Assembly: GCA_963718575.1 (NCBI GenBank)
Contig: OY970358.1
Span: 322,172-386,171, forward strand
Length of the DNA stretch: 64,000 nucleotides
Origin: an uncultured bacterium
GTDB taxonomy: Bacteria > Patescibacteriota > Minisyncoccia > UBA6257 > 2-01-FULL-56-20
Direction of reading: 5' to 3'
Below, in pieces: positions 57,858-64,000 of the stretch (its first letter is position 1; the number at the start of each line of letters is the position of its first letter). Both the position numbers and the translations under genes were made by a program. The notes under the pieces are model-generated. The model had not been told where the DNA came from. It saw only the letters and a list, made by a program, of their open reading frames with translations, and did no database searches.

Positions 57858-59143
57858 TAGAGATTCGGGGGCAAATTGGAGTTCGGGTACCCCCTCTTAA
57901 TCCTCTCGTAGATAGCGGCCGCAGGTGCTTCGAGTTCTTTCCTCCGATCTTCCGGAGCGAGCTTATACGAAGCAAAGATTCTTGGCCAGTCTCCCACATA
58001 AGCTCCGAGGTAAGTTATTTTTTCGACATGAGTTAGTATGTCGATGAGGCTATCTGGGGCAACCTCAGCAATTTTCTCGACGATCTCCTGAATTCCGTTG
58101 AGCCATACGCGCCTCTCTTTTTCAAGATGCGACATCCCACCTTCTAAATATTCCAGCATCTGCCTTGTGAACTGCACGCCGTCTCCCGGCGCTATCCGTA
58201 GAACGGCTTCGACTAAAAATTCAAATTGGCCGACAGGCTCGTATTGGAATTTTCCTTCAAAAAATAAGGGGATATATTTTTTGAACAGTTCATAATTTTC
58301 TCCATTTTCTTCGAGCTGCTTCCATGTTATCCAAATGAGGGTAGTCTTGAGTCGAGGTGCCTGCGGAACATCCGAACTTGAATCTTTGATAAGCTTTTTC
58401 AAAAAATCTCTGAACCATTCTCCGTGAAAAGCAGCATCGAATTTCGGCCTATATTCCGCAAAGAAAAGAGCGTACGGCGTGGCGTGCTCCGTGAGATAGT
58501 CAGGACGAAGGACCCCGCTTGCGTCATAAAAAATCGTGCTCAATAGTTCCTGAGCCTGCGCTTCGGTGAGAGTGATTCTCGGCTTATCGAATACGCCCAC
58601 CACGCTTTCTAAAACGCGGGGATATTTAGTATTATCCCGGAGCATCTTCCACGCGAGAGCCACGGCCCGGGATTTATCGGCATCGGTAAATCCAAATGGC
58701 GTGCCATCTTTGTTCTGCTTGGCATACATATTGATGGTCAAGCCAGAAAGAGCTGCGGGCACTTGCTGGCGAACGTATAGCGATTCATCGCTAGCAAGCT
58801 CTTCGAGGACACTTAATACCCGTTGGTAATATTCTGTTTTAAACGTAGCTACGATTTTTTGAAGCAACCAGGGCACGCTTCCCCGTATGGTGTAGATATT
58901 ATTGATGTCTTCTCCTTTTTCAATTTTTTCGTTGAGATTGTCAAAACCCGGCACAGGATCTGGATCGCGTGCGTAAAGTTCGGCAACCCTTAACGCCTTT
59001 TCCACGAACTGTCCCTCTTGAACCAAATCGGCAAGAATCCAAATTATGTCGAACTTGCTATATTCCTTTTCCAAAAGATTCTCCCAATCGGGATCCTCTA
59101 GCTCCCTTAGAATTCTCTTTTTTAAAATATCTCGGTAGGTCAT
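57857..59143 (-). CDS. Hypothetical alpha-solenoid (HEAT-like) protein
   Basis: LEELASDESLYVRQ HEAT-like segment, long helical ORF. Start 59143 or 59173. Confidence 0.7.
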   Translation of the reverse strand: MTYRDILKKRILRELEDPDWENLLEKEYSKFDIIWILADLVQEGQFVEKALRVAELYARDPDPVPGFDNLNEKIEKGEDINNIYTIRGSVPWLLQKIVATFKTEYYQRVLSVLEELASDESLYVRQQVPAALSGLTINMYAKQNKDGTPFGFTDADKSRAVALAWKMLRDNTKYPRVLESVVGVFDKPRITLTEAQAQELLSTIFYDASGVLRPDYLTEHATPYALFFAEYRPKFDAAFHGEWFRDFLKKLIKDSSSDVPQAPRLKTTLIWITWKQLEENGENYELFKKYIPLFFEGKFQYEPVGQFEFLVEAVLRIAPGDGVQFTRQMLEYLEGGMSHLEKERRVWLNGIQEIVEKIAEVAPDSLIDILTHVEKITYLGAYVGDWPRIFASYKLAPEDRRKELEAPAAAIYERIKRGYPNSNLPPNL

Positions 59144-59182
59144 TACCCTGATGTTACTCCAGAGAGCATGCAATAGCCAAAT

Positions 59183-59240
59183 ATTGCGTTATATGAAAAC
59201 AAGCCCCGAAATTCGGCGGCTTGTTTTCATATAACGCAAT
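59183..59240. repeat. 23-bp perfect inverted repeat / long hairpin
   Basis: ATTGCGTTATATGAAAACAAGCC ... GGCTTGTTTTCATATAACGCAAT with inner CCGAA/TTCGG. Confidence 0.8.
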
Positions 59241-59252
59241 GACTCCACCCTA

Positions 59253-59921
59253 CTATTCGAATGCCGGATTCACATAGTCGAGATCCCACACGCCCGGCAG
59301 GATCTGCAGTTCGAGCGTCGCTTTATCGAGGCTCCAGTTGATCTGCGATGCGTCGTCTGTCGTAAGCGTCGCCCGGTACACCATGCCGTCGCTCGTGTTC
59401 CCGTACTTGTCGGTGAGGGGAAGATATCCCGTTACCGTCGCGGTTTCTATCTTCTGGCCGCTCGTATAGACGGCGATGAAAACATCGGCGGTTTCCGATT
59501 CAAGGCCGTCCTTCGTCAGACCGTTCGACAGATTATTGTCGCCGTTGAATTCTACAGTAACGTCCCATCCGCCTTTTACTGCGGGATCCGGTTCGACATC
59601 AACGCTCCTCAGCTTCGGCTCGTTGCTTTGGTTCGTCTGCCCCTGTAGGACGTTCCCCACGATCGCCTTGATCTGCGAAGCGGGATCCTGCGGAACGTTA
59701 TTCGCAACAGTCGTCGGCGCGGTGGTCTGAGGCGCCGTTGTTTGATTGGGCGTTATCCCTATTCCGATTGCAAAGAGGATGAATCCACCGAGTCCGAACG
59801 TCAGCGCGATTTTCGTCCGCGTATTCTCCTTAAAGAGCTTCTTGAGCGGCTCCGGTCTGATCAACGCACCGATCGTGAAGAGCATCGAGATAATTCCCAC
59901 TGTTCCTAATAATGCTCCCAT
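59253..59921 (-). CDS. Membrane-anchored hypothetical protein
   Basis: Two N-terminal TMs, Thr/Pro linker, DKYGN motif. Confidence 0.8.
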   Translation of the reverse strand: MGALLGTVGIISMLFTIGALIRPEPLKKLFKENTRTKIALTFGLGGFILFAIGIGITPNQTTAPQTTAPTTVANNVPQDPASQIKAIVGNVLQGQTNQSNEPKLRSVDVEPDPAVKGGWDVTVEFNGDNNLSNGLTKDGLESETADVFIAVYTSGQKIETATVTGYLPLTDKYGNTSDGMVYRATLTTDDASQINWSLDKATLELQILPGVWDLDYVNPAFE

Positions 59922-60005
59922 GTTATTTCTCTTTATGGTTGTATTCGACCTTTCAACACAATGAATGACGCGAATACTCGATCAAGTCCAGAGCTTCCAA
60001 ATTTC

Positions 60006-60887
60006 TCACAAACCTTGGCGATACAGCTCGTCCAAGGTCTTGCCATCAGCCGTTTTCCACGTCATCCATCCGTTCGTGGAATAACCGAGAATAAGGTCGC
60101 CCGCCGCACTCGGCGTCGTAAAACTGTAATCACGGGCGAAGGCATATCCATCGCCGCTTTTTTCGACGATACCTTCTGCTAAAAGTTTCGCGATAAGCTT
60201 TTCATTCCGTTCGGCAACCGCAGGTGATTGCTTTCCGCTGATCGTCGATCCTTGGTAGACGATAAATCCCTCATTCGTCATCCGGGCGGTACCTTTCGCG
60301 GTGACGTCTTTGTTCTGAACCATAAACAGCGGATTCTCGTGATCGGCAACCGCTTTCGCTTCGAGCTTCTGGAGTATCGGGTAGCCGACCGTGCCGAGAA
60401 GTAATCCGATATTTTTTACGAATTCCTCCATCACGGGAATATCGGCCTGCGGGAGGTGCGGAATGAGCGATCCCGTGCTGTTCTTAAGCACATAACCGAA
60501 ATGCTTCGCCTCGTTTGCAATCTCGACGCAGCGCGATTCGAGATATTTCACATGCGCCTTCGTCAGGCTCTCGTCGCTTGAGACGAACGCGATGGTGGTA
60601 TACCAAAAATCCTTGCCTTTGTCGTTGTTGTGCGTCGTCAATCTGTCAAAAAGATTTTCCGCTTCGCCGATATAGGCGGATGCGACGAGGTTTTCTTCGA
60701 ATTCGCGGCCAAACAAAAAATACACCGCTGGCTGTCGCGCGACGTCATCGCTACCCATCTCCTTCAATTTGTTGCGGGGGAAAATGAGGCCTTGCCCGGT
60801 CCAGCCCGCGAGCGAGATTATTTTCCTTCCGTCCGGTTCGCCGTCGACCAGAAATAGTGTAATTTTCTTTCCTGAATTTTGAGCCAT
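60006..60887 (-). CDS. GIY-YIG nuclease family protein with DUF4357 C-terminus
   Basis: AVYFL...AYIGE...RL..H, KYLE, C-terminal F.TPSAA...G.STNGW..WK..GKTL. Confidence 0.85.
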   Translation of the reverse strand: MAQNSGKKITLFLVDGEPDGRKIISLAGWTGQGLIFPRNKLKEMGSDDVARQPAVYFLFGREFEENLVASAYIGEAENLFDRLTTHNNDKGKDFWYTTIAFVSSDESLTKAHVKYLESRCVEIANEAKHFGYVLKNSTGSLIPHLPQADIPVMEEFVKNIGLLLGTVGYPILQKLEAKAVADHENPLFMVQNKDVTAKGTARMTNEGFIVYQGSTISGKQSPAVAERNEKLIAKLLAEGIVEKSGDGYAFARDYSFTTPSAAGDLILGYSTNGWMTWKTADGKTLDELYRQGL

Positions 60888-61145
60888 GGCGATTGAGCAA
60901 TTTCATCGCCGACCCGAAGTTCTTAGAAACTCTGAACCCCGTGCCAGCTAGGTCTTGCGACCCCATACCAGTTTCCCGATATGGCCCGATAAAGAGTTGC
61001 TGAACGCGGGGTTCAGAATTCTTTATCGGGGCTTTGGTCCATATCTCCGCTGGAAGCGGAGGGTTAGGCTGGGATTAACCCTATGAAATTGTTGAATTTA
61101 TCATAATCCGTCGGGCAGAATTACACAAACACACACTGAATATCT

Positions 61146-63323
61146 TCATGACCACTTTACGCCATAATAACGATCCTCAATTAATCCCTCATCAATGAAG
61201 CTACGAACTAGGAGTGTAAAACTGTCCGCTTCATCGTCATGAGATTCCACTCCCAGCCCGATCATCTGCGCAATAAGCGTTTCCGCTCCATGCTTGGGGA
61301 ATAGGATGACCCCTGCGTTCATGAGATCGGCGCACGACGCAAGGCGGGAGCGTTTGTCGGTCGTGACCGTCACGCCCTCGACTTTGTAAATGCGGTCGAA
61401 TTTCAGCTGGTCGACGGCCGCTTGCTGGAATTGGACTGTCTCGACGCGGATCTTCGCATCTCGCCATGCGTTACGGAGCGAATAATAACGTTCCTTTATC
61501 TTCGCTATGATTTCGGGGAACGTGAGCCGCTCATTTACGATACTCGGCAATACGTAGGCTTTAAAGTTTTTGCCCGTTCCCTGCGTCACGATGCTCACCA
61601 TGGCGGTGTAGTCGTTCGTCTCCTTCTGTCCGATCGCGAGATCGACGCCGAGGTATGCGGTGATATGCCCTTGATCCGGAGAAGGCAATTTGTCGTAATA
61701 CCGGATCATGTCCCGCGTGACCACCTGATCTTCTTCGGGAACGATCTTCAGCATGAATTCCCGCAGGAATGCGTTCTTGTTTCCTATCTCCCGCTTTTGC
61801 GCTTCAATTGCCGCTTCGGTCGGATATTTATTCGGCCACGCGACCGTGCCGTTCTTGTCTATAAACGGATAGGCCTTGAATACGCCATCAATCGCGCCGC
61901 TGCTTACCTCGCGCTTCAAGCGCATCAAAAGCGAGTCTTCATGGAGCAGGTTGCCCACGATGACGAGGCGCGTTTTCCCGAATTCTCCCGCGCCGATCAC
62001 ATCGAGCTTCAGCCAGCGGTACACTTTGTCGCGGCCTTCCTTCGTTTTCACGGAAGCGGTTGATTCGACATCGTCGCAGATGATGAGATCCGGACGATAT
62101 TTGCCGTGATGGATGCCCCTAATCTTCGATTCAACCGACATCACGAGAATCCGCGCGTTGAAATTCTTGAACACAATGGTATACGCGCCCCATTCCGGGC
62201 TATCATCTTCAAACGGACCCAAGTCATTTTTAAGGAGTTCATCGTCCTCAAGCTTCTGCTTGATGGCATCCATCTGCAGCTTCGCCTGCGGAAGGGTATC
62301 GCAAATGATAACGACGAATTTCTTTTGCGGTTTTCCCATAATCGACCATAACGGAAGCGCCGTCGTGAAGATGGTCGACTTGCCCGATCCGCGGAATGAG
62401 ACGATAAAAAGCTTATGCAGCTCTTCCTGCCCGATCAGGCGAAACATCTCGCGGTGAAATGCCGCCGTGTCGTATTCCACGGCATCCGCAAAATAGAGAT
62501 GGAAGAAAGCGTAGGGACTCTCGCTGCACACGGCCGCGCGGACGCTCCGATCGGTCATAATCTGTTCGAAAAGCTCCGGCGGCATCGCCTCCGTTGCGTA
62601 GGCATCGGGATCGGGAAGCTCCATCTCTTCGTTCTCCGGCAACGCGGCATCATCGCCAACCTCCGCAGCCGCATCTCCTTCGGGAACAACGGGCGACCAG
62701 CCATATGGCTCAATGGAGCCGTTCGAGACATAGGGTTCGGCTATCGCGGGGTCGAGGTCGAAGATATCTTCCTCCGTAAACGATCCGACGATTACCGTAA
62801 GTTCTCCCGTGTTTACCACGCATCTCTTGAACCCTTCGAGATGGACGCGCGGTTCGCCCGGCGGCGGCACGTATGCCTTGATCTTGCCATCGAAAAAAAG
62901 CCTTCCGATATCGCTGCTAGGACCAATATCGACGATATCTCCCCACGTAACGGTTTTCTCGATATCCACATCGCGCGTTGCCTTATATCGCCTGGTTCCT
63001 TCCAGAGGGTCATACGCGGGCGGATACGGCTCTAAGAATTTTCTGTCGACGTATGTCTTGGCGACAGTCGGATCGAGTGTGACGATCTGCCCTTTCTCAA
63101 AATATGGTGATGGCCGAGGAATTCTGTTAAGGATGATCCACCTTCTTTCGCCGCGCGGTTCGCCCGGAGGAGGCACGTACTCCTTTATAACGCCGCGGGC
63201 GAGATACGGCTGGGCTTCCATTACGCCGAGCGAGATAATCTCTCCCTCCTGGTAGTACTCCTGGATGCACATCGGGATCAGTACTTTATATGTTTGCGAT
63301 TCTGCCATGGGCGTGGTTATCAT
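61146..63323 (-). CDS. Terminase large subunit with ~230-aa N-terminal repeat extension
   Basis: Walker A FRGSGKST, IRG...RPDLIICDDVE, VGNLLHED, RNase H GVDLA..DYTA, HDDEADS. ATGA overlap with upstream gene. Confidence 0.88.
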   Translation of the reverse strand: MITTPMAESQTYKVLIPMCIQEYYQEGEIISLGVMEAQPYLARGVIKEYVPPPGEPRGERRWIILNRIPRPSPYFEKGQIVTLDPTVAKTYVDRKFLEPYPPAYDPLEGTRRYKATRDVDIEKTVTWGDIVDIGPSSDIGRLFFDGKIKAYVPPPGEPRVHLEGFKRCVVNTGELTVIVGSFTEEDIFDLDPAIAEPYVSNGSIEPYGWSPVVPEGDAAAEVGDDAALPENEEMELPDPDAYATEAMPPELFEQIMTDRSVRAAVCSESPYAFFHLYFADAVEYDTAAFHREMFRLIGQEELHKLFIVSFRGSGKSTIFTTALPLWSIMGKPQKKFVVIICDTLPQAKLQMDAIKQKLEDDELLKNDLGPFEDDSPEWGAYTIVFKNFNARILVMSVESKIRGIHHGKYRPDLIICDDVESTASVKTKEGRDKVYRWLKLDVIGAGEFGKTRLVIVGNLLHEDSLLMRLKREVSSGAIDGVFKAYPFIDKNGTVAWPNKYPTEAAIEAQKREIGNKNAFLREFMLKIVPEEDQVVTRDMIRYYDKLPSPDQGHITAYLGVDLAIGQKETNDYTAMVSIVTQGTGKNFKAYVLPSIVNERLTFPEIIAKIKERYYSLRNAWRDAKIRVETVQFQQAAVDQLKFDRIYKVEGVTVTTDKRSRLASCADLMNAGVILFPKHGAETLIAQMIGLGVESHDDEADSFTLLVRSFIDEGLIEDRYYGVKWS

Positions 63324-63724
63324 TCGGTCGGCGTGGGCGTTCCGTCCTTTGGAAGCAATGCTGCATGCTGGAGCGCCTTGCGGACGATCTCTTGCTGCTC
63401 GGGCGTGAGAGACTCTTTTTTCTCGATGCGTGCGGTGATGTCGAGCGTGTTTTTGAATTTCGGATGCCGGCGCGACAGCCAAAACGCTATGGATTGCCAG
63501 TGTTTGTCTTTTATGAGCGAGATGAGTTGCGCTTCTCCTAAATCATTTAGGATTGCTTCGCCCTCGCCGAGCGCCTCATCCACCGCTTTATCGAATGCCG
63601 GATCGGCCTTCCGCCAGTTATGAATGCTCACACGCGAGATATCCAATTTTTCGCAAGCGACTTGGATGATAGGGGCTTTGCGAAGCTGCTCAATAAACAA
63701 TTTTTGGATGCGCTGTTTTTTCAT
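63320..63724 (-). CDS. Putative terminase small subunit (HTH)
   Basis: IQVACEKLDISR..I.NWRK.D..F, AI.FWL-like SIAFWL. Directly upstream of TerL. Confidence 0.7.
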   Translation of the reverse strand: MKKQRIQKLFIEQLRKAPIIQVACEKLDISRVSIHNWRKADPAFDKAVDEALGEGEAILNDLGEAQLISLIKDKHWQSIAFWLSRRHPKFKNTLDITARIEKKESLTPEQQEIVRKALQHAALLPKDGTPTPTE

Positions 63725-64000
63725 AATGTTACGCGTTCCGCTTTAAGGTTAAAGAGAGCCTCCATCCTTTGTATGATGGTGGCACAATATTCGGCATCGC
63801 GTTCGACCATGATCGCGATGCGCTTTGTCTGCTCGCAGCTTACGCCAAGCGTTCCCGACCCCGTGAACCCGTCATAGACGAGATCGCCGATATCCGTGCT
63901 GTTCAATATCAAGCGGCGGATGAGCGGTATCGGCTTTTGGGTTGGGTGAAGTGGGCTGCTGCTGGGGCGCGGACAGTAAAGCAATGTTTTATCTTTCGCC
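63721..64000 (-). CDS. DNA methyltransferase (N4/N6, beta class), C-terminal part (runs off window)
   Basis: HPTQKP..LIRRLI.NST..GD.V.D.F.GSGT. ATGA overlap with TerS. Confidence 0.88.
   Translation of the reverse strand, partial: AKDKTLLYCPRPSSSPLHPTQKPIPLIRRLILNSTDIGDLVYDGFTGSGTLGVSCEQTKRIAIMVERDAEYCATIIQRMEALFNLKAERVTL

Larger units (their letters stand above)
51923..64000. mobile_element. Integrated element / defence island at tRNA-Ser, extending beyond the window
   Basis: Visible GC drop after the tRNA, R-M pair, serine recombinase, GIY-YIG, terminase cassette, no housekeeping genes. Confidence 0.75.

Noticed and set aside
63324-63482. Upstream extension of the 778-aa terminase ORF
   Set aside because: Overlaps TerS out of frame. 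The ATGA coupling at 63320-63323 gives the better start.
1-64000. Alternative genetic code (UGA recoding as in Gracilibacteria/Absconditabacteria)
   Set aside because: Long conserved genes translate fully in code 11, and TGA terminates several of them (pilC, terL, TerS).

Overview
Chromosomal segment of a small-genome bacterium, most consistent with Patescibacteria/CPR (Parcubacteria-like). This is inferred from the large type IV pilus cluster, GWAW-repeat and GNVGIGT-repeat surface proteins, a short IF-2, near-leaderless core genes, and tRNA-linked recombinases and an HNH gene. Housekeeping content: ftsA/ftsZ, rmuC, mutY-like, ybeY, rpsU, hisS, lepB, pth, dprA, topA, rel, parAB, ilvE, rbfA, infB and six tRNAs. 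The window starts inside cyoA (bo3 quinol oxidase subunit II). The most striking locus is 660-4818: OmpR-type regulator, an unannotated 34-aa peptide ending ...FEIWD, a membrane histidine kinase, and a 667-aa fusion of a class II terpene-cyclase-like domain (DxDD) with a DDxxD isoprenoid-synthase/ComQ-like domain. It looks like a ComQXPA-analogous prenylated-peptide signalling (RiPP) cassette. Also notable are a tRNA-like pseudoknotted ncRNA candidate (13531-13710), a dispersed 28-nt hairpin-embedded repeat, a mini-island at tRNA-Leu(CAA), and a larger island from tRNA-Ser to the window end carrying an R-M system, HEPN-motif proteins, a serine recombinase, a GIY-YIG protein and an MTase-TerS-TerL cassette with no portal or capsid gene after TerL. 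hisS, lepB and parA carry small frameshifts that are probably assembly errors, and this caveat applies to the small-ORF calls.
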